Source of the DNA: Candidatus Nomurabacteria bacterium GW2011_GWE2_34_25
GTDB taxonomy: Bacteria; Patescibacteriota; Minisyncoccia; Phycocordibacterales; UBA9973
Assembly (NCBI GenBank): GCA_000990325.1
Contig: LBPS01000005.1
Location: forward strand, 17,161 to 81,160
Length of the DNA stretch: 64,000 nucleotides
Direction of reading: 5' to 3'
A program made the translations under genes and the position numbers. Position 1 is the stretch's first letter. Every line of letters begins with the position of its first letter. Under the pieces are notes generated by a model that did no database searches, had not been told where the DNA came from, and saw only the letters and a list, made by a program, of their open reading frames with translations. Of the stretch, positions 17,659 to 26,328 are shown piece after piece.

Positions 17659-19335
17659 ATGGAAACATCAATACAAAAATTTATAGAATTATGTCAGTGG
17701 GATCCTTCAAGATTTTTGATTTTATCAAATAATGTGTTTGGGTCATTAATTTATTATTCTCATTTTATAGCTTTATTATTAGCGCTTATTGTTGGTGTTT
17801 ATGTATTTATTGTTGACAAAAAATCATTAGTTAATCGATTGTTATTTTTTATAATGATAGCTTTTTCAATTTGGGTTCTTTTAGATTTAGTTCTTTGGGC
17901 AAATGAGAAAAATTATCTTATAATGTTTTTTTGGTCACTAATTCTATTGGTTGAACCACTCATATATGCATTAAGTGTTTATTTTATTGATGTATTTATT
18001 GAAGGTAAGGATATAAGTTTCAAAAAGAAAGTTGGAATTTTTTCATTATTATTACCAATTATAATTTTATTACCTACTAAATTATCTTTGGTTGGATTTA
18101 ATTTGATGAATTGTTATAGAGAACCAATAGAAGGATTTATTGCAACTTATTATGTGTATTTTATTGAGATTTTATATATTTTTTGGATTATGTTTTTTAT
18201 CTTTAAGAAATATAAACAAGCAAAATCTGACAATAAAAAACAAATCTTTTTTATTGCATTTGGTGTTATATTATTTTTATTAAGTTTTGCTTCTGGAAAT
18301 ATCATAGGTAGTATTACTGATAATTGGACACTTGCACAGATTGGATTATTTAGTATGCCTATATTTGCAGGTTTTATAGGTTATATGATTGTCAGATTTA
18401 AAACATTTAATGTTAAATTACTTGGAGCAGAAGCACTTGTTTTTGCCCTAGGATTTATGGTTACTGCGATGCTTTTTGTTCGAAGAATAGAGAATGTGAA
18501 GGGTGTAGTTATTGCTACTCTCGTGTTTGTTATTATCCTTGGTTATATTCTTATAAAATCTGTTAAAAAAGAGGTTATGCAACGGGAGCAATTACAAATA
18601 CTGACTGAGCAACTTTTTGATGCCAATGAAAAATTAAAAGGGTTGGATAAGCTTAAGACAGAGTTCGTGTCACTTGCTTCACATCAGCTCCGAAGTCCTC
18701 TTACTGCTATAAAAGGCTATACTTCAATGCTTATAGATGGAGACTATGGAGAAATAAATAAGGAAGCAAAGGGCACAATAGAGAGGATTTTGGAATCTAG
18801 TAACAATTTGACAAAGGTTGTTGAGGATCTATTGAATGTTTCAAAAATCGAATCAGGTGGTATGAAATACGAGATGGCACCATTTGACTTAAATGAAATT
18901 GCTTCATCAATGGCAAAAGATCTGTCTATTACTGCGGAGAAGAAGGGCCTCAAGCTCAACTTCCTATCAGAAGGAGCTGCCGATTGTATTATAAAAGGGG
19001 ATAAGGAGAAGCTTCGCCAGGTAGTTCTTAACTTTATAGATAATTCTATTAAATACACAAAGACAGGTGAGATAAATGTGAAAGTAGAGAAAGTTAATAA
19101 CAAAGTGATATTCTCAGTGAAAGATACCGGAATGGGGATGACTCCAGAAATAAAGGAAACATTATTCCAAAAGTTCGCTCGTGGTGATGGAGCTCGCATG
19201 AATACATCAGGTTCGGGACTTGGTCTATATCTTACAAAAGAAATAGCCGAGGCTCACGGTGGCCGTGTATACGTTGAATCAGAAGGTATGGGTAAGGGTT
19301 CTACATTCTTCATGGAATTGAATGCAGTAAAGTAG
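17659..19335 (+). CDS. sensor histidine kinase (multi-TM sensor, HisKA + HATPase_c)
   Basis: N-terminal ~8 TM helices. H-box LASHQLRSPLTAIKGY, N-box KYTKTG, G-boxes DTGMGM and GSGLGLYL. No response regulator is adjacent. Confidence 0.85.
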   Translation: METSIQKFIELCQWDPSRFLILSNNVFGSLIYYSHFIALLLALIVGVYVFIVDKKSLVNRLLFFIMIAFSIWVLLDLVLWANEKNYLIMFFWSLILLVEPLIYALSVYFIDVFIEGKDISFKKKVGIFSLLLPIIILLPTKLSLVGFNLMNCYREPIEGFIATYYVYFIEILYIFWIMFFIFKKYKQAKSDNKKQIFFIAFGVILFLLSFASGNIIGSITDNWTLAQIGLFSMPIFAGFIGYMIVRFKTFNVKLLGAEALVFALGFMVTAMLFVRRIENVKGVVIATLVFVIILGYILIKSVKKEVMQREQLQILTEQLFDANEKLKGLDKLKTEFVSLASHQLRSPLTAIKGYTSMLIDGDYGEINKEAKGTIERILESSNNLTKVVEDLLNVSKIESGGMKYEMAPFDLNEIASSMAKDLSITAEKKGLKLNFLSEGAADCIIKGDKEKLRQVVLNFIDNSIKYTKTGEINVKVEKVNNKVIFSVKDTGMGMTPEIKETLFQKFARGDGARMNTSGSGLGLYLTKEIAEAHGGRVYVESEGMGKGSTFFMELNAVK

Positions 19336-19357
19336 TAAGTAGTAAGAGTTATGCAAA

Positions 19358-19405
19358 CAAAAATTAAAATGCACTAGGTCTTGCCTAGTGCATTTTAATT
19401 TTTCA
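19358..19405. terminator. bidirectional terminator between the kinase gene (+) and cysS (-)
   Basis: aaaattaaaatgcactagg-tcttg-cctagtgcattttaatttt, a long perfect hairpin flanked by A/T runs. Confidence 0.8.
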
Positions 19406-19428
19406 TACTACATTCTGCTAGCTACTAT

Positions 19429-20853
19429 CTACATTTTACTTATTTCATACCCTCCATTTACATCTTTTACTTCATATCCAAGTTCTGTTATCTTATCTCT
19501 GAGTTCATCGCTTTTTTGCCAGTTTTTATTATTTCGAGCAAGGAGTCTATCTTCTGCTAATTTTTTAATATCTTCAGGAATTACTTCTTCTGTTGATAAA
19601 TTATCTATAATATTTAAATTAAGCCCTAGAACTTTATCAAAGTCGAGTATTGTGGCAAGTTTGTCGGCATTTGAAATTCCATATTTAAAAACCTCGTTTA
19701 GAGTTGCAAGTGCTTTCGGCATATTTAAATCATCATTGATACTATCTAGGAATCTCTCCCTTAGTTCCATATTTATAAAACCTACATCCTTACCTAAAGC
19801 TTTCACTTTATTTAAAAGATTGTTATAACTTGTCTCTGTAGAAGCAACTATCTCATTATTCCATTCCATTTGTTTTCTATAGTGCACTCCAAATGTAGCT
19901 AAGCGATAGACCAGAGGATTTATGTCTTTGTCTAGAAATTCACTTTTAAGAGTGAGGAAGTTGCCAGTACTTTTCGCCATCTTCTCGCCATCTTTCATGT
20001 TTAAAAATTCTCCATGCATCCAGTAGTTGACCCAAGGCTTTATTCCTGTAGCACTTTCAGTTTGGGCAAGCTCATTTGTATGATGCAGGTTGATAAAGTC
20101 TACTCCACCTGCATGTATATCAAAGTGTTCGCCTAGGTACTTTACACTCATAGCCGAGCATTCTATGTGCCAGCCAGGGAATCCGATACCCCAAGGACTA
20201 TCCCATTCCATCTGTCTTTTTGTTTCTTTAGAAGAGAATTTCCAAAGAGCGAAGTCTGTCGCATTCCTTTTCTCATCATTTACTTCTACTCGTGCACCTT
20301 CTTTTAAATCCTCTAATTTTTGACCAGATAGTTTTGTATAATCAGGCACTTTTCCGGTATCAAAGTATATACCATCACTTGTTTTGTATGTAAAACCTTT
20401 CTTTTCAAGAACTTCTATCATTTCTATTTGTTCGTCTATATTCTCTGTCGCCTTACAAAGGATATCAGGAAAAATAATATTTAAGTTTAGTAAATCTTCT
20501 TTAAATTTTTCTGTATAAAATTCTGCTATTTGCCAAGCAGATTTATTTTCTTTCTTTGATTCCTTTTCTATTTTATCTTCACCCATATCTCGATCACCAG
20601 TCAGGTGTCCAACGTCGGTAATGTTCATGACATGCTTTACTCTGTAATCGTTGTAAGTGAGCACTTTCTTCAGCACATCCTCAAATACGTAAGTACGCAT
20701 GTTACCTATATGGGCATAGTTGTAAACCGTTGGCCCGCAAGTATATAAGCCAACCTCAAGTTCGGATATTGGTTTGAATTCTTCTTTCTCTCTAGTTAAA
20801 GTGTTGTATAATTTTAAAGCCATATGAATATAATTAATAGTAGTATTAGACAA
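19429..20853 (-). CDS. cysS: cysteinyl-tRNA synthetase
   Basis: YTCGPTVYNYAHIGNMR (HIGH) and KMAKSTGN (KMSKS), with class I CysRS architecture. Confidence 0.95.
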   Translation of the reverse strand: MSNTTINYIHMALKLYNTLTREKEEFKPISELEVGLYTCGPTVYNYAHIGNMRTYVFEDVLKKVLTYNDYRVKHVMNITDVGHLTGDRDMGEDKIEKESKKENKSAWQIAEFYTEKFKEDLLNLNIIFPDILCKATENIDEQIEMIEVLEKKGFTYKTSDGIYFDTGKVPDYTKLSGQKLEDLKEGARVEVNDEKRNATDFALWKFSSKETKRQMEWDSPWGIGFPGWHIECSAMSVKYLGEHFDIHAGGVDFINLHHTNELAQTESATGIKPWVNYWMHGEFLNMKDGEKMAKSTGNFLTLKSEFLDKDINPLVYRLATFGVHYRKQMEWNNEIVASTETSYNNLLNKVKALGKDVGFINMELRERFLDSINDDLNMPKALATLNEVFKYGISNADKLATILDFDKVLGLNLNIIDNLSTEEVIPEDIKKLAEDRLLARNNKNWQKSDELRDKITELGYEVKDVNGGYEISKM

Positions 20854-21305
20854 ATGATAATAATGGACTTTATTTTAATCTTTCTTTTGTTTTTATTCAA
20901 CTCTTCTTTTAAATTCTGAATCTCGTTTACTCTCGATGTTAATTCTTTGTGATTGTTAAGGTGTATATTTTTTATAAGATGAGCTAATAATAATTTATGG
21001 CTGTTTATCTTTTCTCCTCCCACCACATCTAGCTCAACTTCATTTGAGAATTCACTGAATGCATCCATTCTTTCGTCATGAATAGATAAGAAGAAGTTGT
21101 CAGTTACAAAGAATACTAGCTTTCCCGGTACTGAGATATAGGTATAATCGTAATTTATATCGACACAATCCTCTCTGTTATCAATAATTATTCTTTCTTT
21201 TACAGAATTTGGTATAGGGTATAAATCAAGGGCGTGCTCGATCTCTTCTTTACTTGGTGACTCCAAATCAATCCAATTAAGCTCTTTATGGTTGTATTTT
21301 GAAAT
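20814..21305 (-). CDS. hypothetical protein with C-terminal TM anchor (weak CorA-N-terminal-like start)
   Basis: The likely start is MISKYNHKELNWIDLESPSKEEIEHALDL. It has a single C-terminal TM and no GMN motif. Confidence 0.3.
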   Translation of the reverse strand: MSKYNHKELNWIDLESPSKEEIEHALDLYPIPNSVKERIIIDNREDCVDINYDYTYISVPGKLVFFVTDNFFLSIHDERMDAFSEFSNEVELDVVGGEKINSHKLLLAHLIKNIHLNNHKELTSRVNEIQNLKEELNKNKRKIKIKSIIIICLILLLIIFIWL

Positions 21306-21413
21306 CATATAGATACAGTATACAGCGGGGGTTGCTTTTTTCAAAATATTTGTGTATTATGAGTCCTGTGGAAAACCTTAAATATCTAAGGTTTTCTATA
21401 ATATATAATATTT

Positions 21414-21776
21414 ATGGTTACAGCTAAAAAAACAACTAAAGTAGTAAAGGAGGAAAGCAAGGAATTTGCTGTAATTCTTACAGGCGGAAAGCAATACAAA
21501 GTCGCAGTTGGCGACATCTTGAAAGTTGAGAAACTAGAAGGGGATTTCGCTATTGGAGATAAGATAACTTTTGATAAAGTTTTACTAGTAGACAATGGCG
21601 TAGATACAACAATCGGTACCCCTTATATTAAAGGAGCTACTGTAGAATCACTATTTGTTAAGCTAGGCAAACACAAAACAGTCAAAGTAGTCAAATACCT
21701 ACAAAAAAGCCGATACTTGAAGAAGAACGGTCACCGCCAGCCTTTCATAGAAGTCAAAATCTCAGCAATCAAATAA
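21414..21776 (+). CDS. rplU: 50S ribosomal protein L21
   Basis: FAVILTGGKQYKVAVGDILKVEKL matches L21. Confidence 0.9.
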   Translation: MVTAKKTTKVVKEESKEFAVILTGGKQYKVAVGDILKVEKLEGDFAIGDKITFDKVLLVDNGVDTTIGTPYIKGATVESLFVKLGKHKTVKVVKYLQKSRYLKKNGHRQPFIEVKISAIK

Positions 21777-21799
21777 ACTCTTACAATAATACTCGTTAA

Positions 21800-21840
21800 A
21801 AACCCCAGCCCTAAGCCACGCTTAGGGCTGGTTTCCTATT
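21800..21840 (+). terminator. rho-independent terminator after rplU
   Basis: cagccctaag-ccacg-cttagggctg followed by gtttcctattt. Confidence 0.75.
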
Positions 21841-21945
21841 TGACAAGACCCAGTTTTAAGTGTAATCTGGGCTTAAAATTCGGAATAAATATTTTAATTT
21901 TCTTATCTATAAACCGAACCAAAAGGTTCATTAAATCAAATTATT

Positions 21946-22869
21946 ATGGATGTATTAGATTTTCGCTTTCGTTTTGCAAAAAAACAACTCGAGTTAATGA
22001 CACTCTTATGTGTGGGTCTTGACCCCGACATAGCTTTACTACCAGCGGTATATCAAGCAAAAATTGAAAAAGCCGGTTCTGATGAAGAAAAAGCATATAT
22101 TGTGTTAGATTGGGCAAAAGAAATTGTTGATGCTACGATTGAACATGTTTGTATGTATAAACCTCAAATTGCACACTGGGAAGCACTTGGAACAAGTGGA
22201 TTAAAAGTACTCACGTTACTTGTGTCATATATACACGCGAAAGATCCATGGGTAGTCGTTTTTTTAGACTGCAAAAGGGGAGACATCGACAACACTCAGG
22301 ACAAATATGGAGTAGCCTGCTTCGAAAAGTATGGAGTTGATGGAATGAACTTTAGCCCATATATGGGAAAAAGTTGCATGAAAGCTTTATATAATAAAAA
22401 CCATCCGGAAAGATCTTTGGTTGGGCTATGTTATACAAGTAATCCCGATGCTCGAGAAATGCAAGATGTCGTACTAGCAGACAGTGGTGATACTTATTGG
22501 CAGTATACTGCTAAGCGTACATTAGCATGGGCCGAAGAATTAGGCCTTGGTGTTTTGAATAATGCTGGATTAGTTATGGCTGCTGCATACCCTGACAAAA
22601 ATAACCCAGAAATTATTCATAGTGAACATCTTGTAATTTGTCGTAAAATTGTAGGTGACAAATTATGGTTTTTAATCCCAGGCATTGGAGCACAAGGTGG
22701 TCTAATGAAGGAAACAATTGTAAAATCATATACTGAACCAGGGTCAATTGTCGTCACTGAAAGCCGAAGTATTATTTTTGCAAGTAAAGGTGATGACTAT
22801 GCTCTATCAGCCAATTTGGCTGCTGAAAAATCTCATAATACAATGAAGCAAGTATTAGCTTCAATGTAG
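21946..22869 (+). CDS. pyrF: orotidine 5'-phosphate decarboxylase (type 2, long form)
   Basis: LCVGLDP and FLDCKRGDIDNT, the type-2 OMPdecase signature. Confidence 0.8.
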   Translation: MDVLDFRFRFAKKQLELMTLLCVGLDPDIALLPAVYQAKIEKAGSDEEKAYIVLDWAKEIVDATIEHVCMYKPQIAHWEALGTSGLKVLTLLVSYIHAKDPWVVVFLDCKRGDIDNTQDKYGVACFEKYGVDGMNFSPYMGKSCMKALYNKNHPERSLVGLCYTSNPDAREMQDVVLADSGDTYWQYTAKRTLAWAEELGLGVLNNAGLVMAAAYPDKNNPEIIHSEHLVICRKIVGDKLWFLIPGIGAQGGLMKETIVKSYTEPGSIVVTESRSIIFASKGDDYALSANLAAEKSHNTMKQVLASM

Positions 22870-22896
22870 TGCTGTCAGAATTTTAACAAAAAATAA

Positions 22897-22930
22897 GAGC
22901 GTATGAGAAAATTTTCTCATACGCTCTTTA
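22897..22930. terminator. bidirectional terminator between pyrF (+) and the PRTase gene (-)
   Basis: agagcgtatgagaaaa/ttttctcatacgctct perfect hairpin with flanking T/A runs. Confidence 0.8.
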
Positions 22931-22948
22931 TTTTTTACTACTTAAATT

Positions 22949-23986
22949 TTAACTCATTTCTTTTTCGGCAAGGAACGATTTATATCTCTTATCGAAACCA
23001 TTGATTTCATCAATCATAGCCTTGATAGTTTTATGAGGGTAAAAATGCAGTCTTTGTATTTCGCCATTCAAAACCCAAAAAGGAAGAAGGGAATCAATTT
23101 CGCACACCTCGGCTAATCGCACCTCTTTATTGCTGATATTAATTTCTCCGGAAAATTGTTTTTTGAGACAATCAAATCCGTATGAAAATATCGAAAAACA
23201 ATAATTGCAAATCATTCCCGCCTGGCGTGCCTTATAAACCTCAAATGCAGATGAACCTCCTGTCGAAAACAAATCTTCAATAACTACAGCTTTTAGCCCT
23301 ACTAATTGATAGGAATCCATTTTCCGATGCATGTATCCTGTAAAATAACTTCCGGAAAGTTGTAATCTGAATTCGTTTTTAAGAATAGAAATTGAATTTC
23401 TTGAATCCTCATTTTCCTCAGAAGAGTATAAGAAGATAAATTTCATTCCCGGTTTAACAATGCCTTCAATCAGCATCTTTTTACCATGATCTTTAGTTTC
23501 GTTTCTTACGTATGCAAATGGTTTCCTAAATTTATTCGCATATTGTATTCCATAGGGTATTGATGCTACATTTGTAATAACAACATCAAATTCCTGATCA
23601 TTAAGAATTGAGACTATTTCTTTGTCACATAGTTCAATTTCATAAGCATAATATTCATCTTTTTGATGAATCAAAAGTTCTTTTGATAGAGCCTTGGCGA
23701 CAGCAGTAGCAGGTGCAATACCGGAAGTTGAAGTTCCAATGATAAAATCTGGGTTGATTTTATTTTTCCAGATTAAATTTACAAAACCTTTTGTAATTCT
23801 CATACGGTGCTTGAAATTTCCTAGCATCATACGATTGTCGTTGTAAATTCTCATGAGCATTCCACATGCCCACTTGTAGGGATCCTCAGTCAGTTTTTTG
23901 AAGGTTGTTGCTTTAATAAAAAGCATAGTTCTTGCAATTTTCATTGCTAACCAAAACTCAAATACCAATGCTGGTTTCTTCTTCAT
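22949..23986 (-). CDS. orotate phosphoribosyltransferase-like protein with tandem PRT-type halves
   Basis: PRPP-binding motif VVIEDLFSTGGSS in the C-terminal half and a degenerate PRT-like N-terminal half (IIGTSTSGIAPATAVAKAL). At 345 aa it is about 1.7x a normal OPRT. Adjacent to pyrF. Confidence 0.5.
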   Translation of the reverse strand: MKKKPALVFEFWLAMKIARTMLFIKATTFKKLTEDPYKWACGMLMRIYNDNRMMLGNFKHRMRITKGFVNLIWKNKINPDFIIGTSTSGIAPATAVAKALSKELLIHQKDEYYAYEIELCDKEIVSILNDQEFDVVITNVASIPYGIQYANKFRKPFAYVRNETKDHGKKMLIEGIVKPGMKFIFLYSSEENEDSRNSISILKNEFRLQLSGSYFTGYMHRKMDSYQLVGLKAVVIEDLFSTGGSSAFEVYKARQAGMICNYCFSIFSYGFDCLKKQFSGEINISNKEVRLAEVCEIDSLLPFWVLNGEIQRLHFYPHKTIKAMIDEINGFDKRYKSFLAEKEMS

Positions 23987-24095
23987 TTTTTAGTTTTTTT
24001 ATGAGCTATTTCTAAGCTCGGGGTTTATATTACAAGATTCATTTTTTCTTCATATTACCTTTTAGTGACGATTTGTCAAACTGCTACTTGAATAT

Positions 24096-24140
24096 TATAA
24101 AAGGCAGATTCATAATAAATGAATTCTGCCTTTTAAATTT
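24096..24140 (-). terminator. terminator after recR
   Basis: ggcagattcat-aataa-atgaatctgcc perfect hairpin with a T run on the minus strand. Confidence 0.75.
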
Positions 24141-24141
24141 T

Positions 24142-24756
24142 TTATGCTCTATTTCTTAATGCATTTTTGATTGTTTCAGAGTCTGAGTATTCTAGTTCTG
24201 TGCCGGTGGAGAGGCCTCGGCCGAGAGAGACAATGTTGAAACTGTATTTATCTTTTAAGGGCGTTAGTATTTCACGTAAATACATATCAGTGTGCTCACC
24301 TTGAGGGTTTAATGACAGAGCAATGATAACTTCTTTTAACCCATTTTGCTTGACTTGATTTTCAATATTACGGAGAAGTTCTTTTGTTCGGACATAGTTG
24401 GGGGTATCTTTGGTAACTATTGGCACAAGACCACCTAATATAAAATACATGCCACTATAATTACGACTTCTTCTTATATTTTCATAGTCAGCATCTTTTT
24501 CAACAATTAGAAGGGAGGTCTTGTCGGTTTTAGGATTACTACACACATCACAAAGTTGGTCTTGAGTCGACTGGAAGAATAGGAAGCAAGAAGGGCACTG
24601 GTGAATAGTATTTTTCAAATCAAGAATTTTATCTCCGAGTTCTTTCACATAACTTGGATTTTTGTGTAGCAAAAAATACACAAAACGCTTGGCTTGCCTC
24701 TCGCCAATCCCTGGAAATTCTTTAAAATGTTCTGTAAGTTTATTAATCGGATCCAT
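24142..24756 (-). CDS. recR: recombination protein RecR
   Basis: N-terminal HhH (FKEFPGIGERQAKRFVYFLL), a C4 zinc finger CPSC...CDVC, and a Toprim domain. The start is set to MDPINK; the track's GTG extension runs into the palindrome. Confidence 0.9.
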   Translation of the reverse strand: MDPINKLTEHFKEFPGIGERQAKRFVYFLLHKNPSYVKELGDKILDLKNTIHQCPSCFLFFQSTQDQLCDVCSNPKTDKTSLLIVEKDADYENIRRSRNYSGMYFILGGLVPIVTKDTPNYVRTKELLRNIENQVKQNGLKEVIIALSLNPQGEHTDMYLREILTPLKDKYSFNIVSLGRGLSTGTELEYSDSETIKNALRNRA

Positions 24757-24765
24757 ATGTTTACC

Positions 24766-24807
24766 GAAGCCTTGCTTCGGTGAGCTCACCGAAGCAAGGC
24801 TTCGGTA
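24766..24807. repeat. 42-nt perfect palindrome (REP-like double hairpin) between dnaB and recR
   Basis: CCGAAGCCTTGCTTCGGTGA-GC-TCACCGAAGCAAGGCTTCGG. Each arm also self-folds as CCGAAGC-CTT-GCTTCGG, which has the same CTTGCT core as the RAYT-flanking hairpin. Confidence 0.7.
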
Positions 24808-24833
24808 ACGCTAATAAATGCTAATAAATTTAA

Positions 24834-26225
24834 TTAAAACTGATCCATGTCTCCGCCACTATTTCCTGTTGGAACGTATTGATGTCCACCTGTTTTATCT
24901 ATCGATACGAAAGTTGTAGTCTTCTCGTCGAAGTAAAGATCAACCTTACCAACTGGGCCATTTCTATGCTTTTCAATAAGTATTTCAGCGATGTTTGTCT
25001 TCTCACTTTCATCTTTACCTTTATCTTCTCTGTGTATGAACATAACGATGTCGGCATCCTGCTCGATAGATCCTGAGTCACGGAGGTCAGAAAGGCGAGG
25101 ACGTCCTCCACGAGATTCAACAGCACGAGAAAGCTGAGAGAGAGCAAGCACTGGCACGTCGAATTCTTTCGCAAGAGATTTGAGAGAACGTGAAATTTCT
25201 GTCACTTGGTTTACCATGTTGTCATAATTCTTTGAAGTAGACATAAGCTGTAAATAGTCAACAATAATGAGCCCTATACCATGCTCAGCCCTGATACGAC
25301 GACAAACAGAACGCATACGAACGATAGAGTTACCAGCTAAGTCGTCGACGAAAATAGGAGCCTTAGAAAGGCTATCGAGAGAGTCACGGATTTTAGCAAA
25401 TTCACTTTCAGCTGTTAAGTTTCCAGTACGAAGATTCCAAGCATTGACTCGTGATTGAGCGGCGAGCATTCTATCTACAAGCTGTTGAGTACTCATTTCA
25501 AGAGAAAAGATAACGGTAGGAGTTCCGTGATTCATTGCTGCTTGGCGAGCGATATCGAGTGCAAGAGTTGTCTTACCCATAGAAGGACGAGCTGCAAGAA
25601 TAATCAAGTCAGACTTCTGAAGACCAGAAAGGTATTGATCGAGATCGTGGAAGCCTGTTGGTACTCCACGAAGCTCACCCTTACTTTCATGAAGCTTCTC
25701 CAAGCGTTCCCATGCTTCAGGCAAGCTGTCTTTCAGAGAAGTGAAAGCATGCCCGGACATATTATTGTTGATACCCATCATTCTCTTTTCAGCTTGATCT
25801 AGAATTTCGAAGACATTCTCTACTTCTTCGGTAAAACCGAGCTCAGAAATATCACCTCCCGCGTCAATAATTTTTCTTAAGAGATGTTTCTGTGCTACTA
25901 AGTCCGCATAATATTTAATATTGGTAGATGCAGGCACAGAATTACTAAGCTCAGTTAGGTAACTATTACCACCGACAGAATCGAGCATTCCTTTTTCTTT
26001 AAGTTTATTTGAGACAGTAAGAAGGTCAATAGGGTCACCCTTACTTGAAAGCTCGAGCATTATCTTGTAAATATTTGAATGTTTGGCAACATAAAAAGAG
26101 TCAACATTGATGATATCATTGATTTCATGAATAGCTGAAGGGCGAAGCATTATAGAACCGAGAACTGCCTTTTCTCCATCAATGCTTTGTGGAGGAATAC
26201 GAATATTTGTTTTTTTGTCTGACAT
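24834..26225 (-). CDS. dnaB: replicative DNA helicase DnaB
   Basis: Walker A PSMGKT, GLIIVDYLQLM, and RecA-like core motifs across 463 aa. Confidence 0.95.
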   Translation of the reverse strand: MSDKKTNIRIPPQSIDGEKAVLGSIMLRPSAIHEINDIINVDSFYVAKHSNIYKIMLELSSKGDPIDLLTVSNKLKEKGMLDSVGGNSYLTELSNSVPASTNIKYYADLVAQKHLLRKIIDAGGDISELGFTEEVENVFEILDQAEKRMMGINNNMSGHAFTSLKDSLPEAWERLEKLHESKGELRGVPTGFHDLDQYLSGLQKSDLIILAARPSMGKTTLALDIARQAAMNHGTPTVIFSLEMSTQQLVDRMLAAQSRVNAWNLRTGNLTAESEFAKIRDSLDSLSKAPIFVDDLAGNSIVRMRSVCRRIRAEHGIGLIIVDYLQLMSTSKNYDNMVNQVTEISRSLKSLAKEFDVPVLALSQLSRAVESRGGRPRLSDLRDSGSIEQDADIVMFIHREDKGKDESEKTNIAEILIEKHRNGPVGKVDLYFDEKTTTFVSIDKTGGHQYVPTGNSGGDMDQF

Positions 26226-26328
26226 AGGCCTTATTGTATCACAGTAAAAATTATGTCCAATCTTGTTATTCGAATAAATGTGTGGGTAAAATGTGCAAAA
26301 CTATTGATATTTTGGTATTATATAGAGT

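Noticed and set aside
19388-19828. 146-aa plus-strand ORF overlapping cysS
   Set aside because: It is antisense to cysS, is Ser/Leu-rich low complexity, and starts inside the convergent terminator.
21840-22022. 60-aa ORF between the rplU terminator and pyrF
   Set aside because: It begins within the terminator hairpin and overlaps the pyrF start, and it has no conserved features. An rpmA (L27) gene was looked for here and is not present.
24757-24789. GTG-initiated 11-aa N-terminal extension of recR
   Set aside because: It lies inside the 42-nt perfect palindrome. The conserved RecR N-terminus begins at MDPINK (ATG at 24756).
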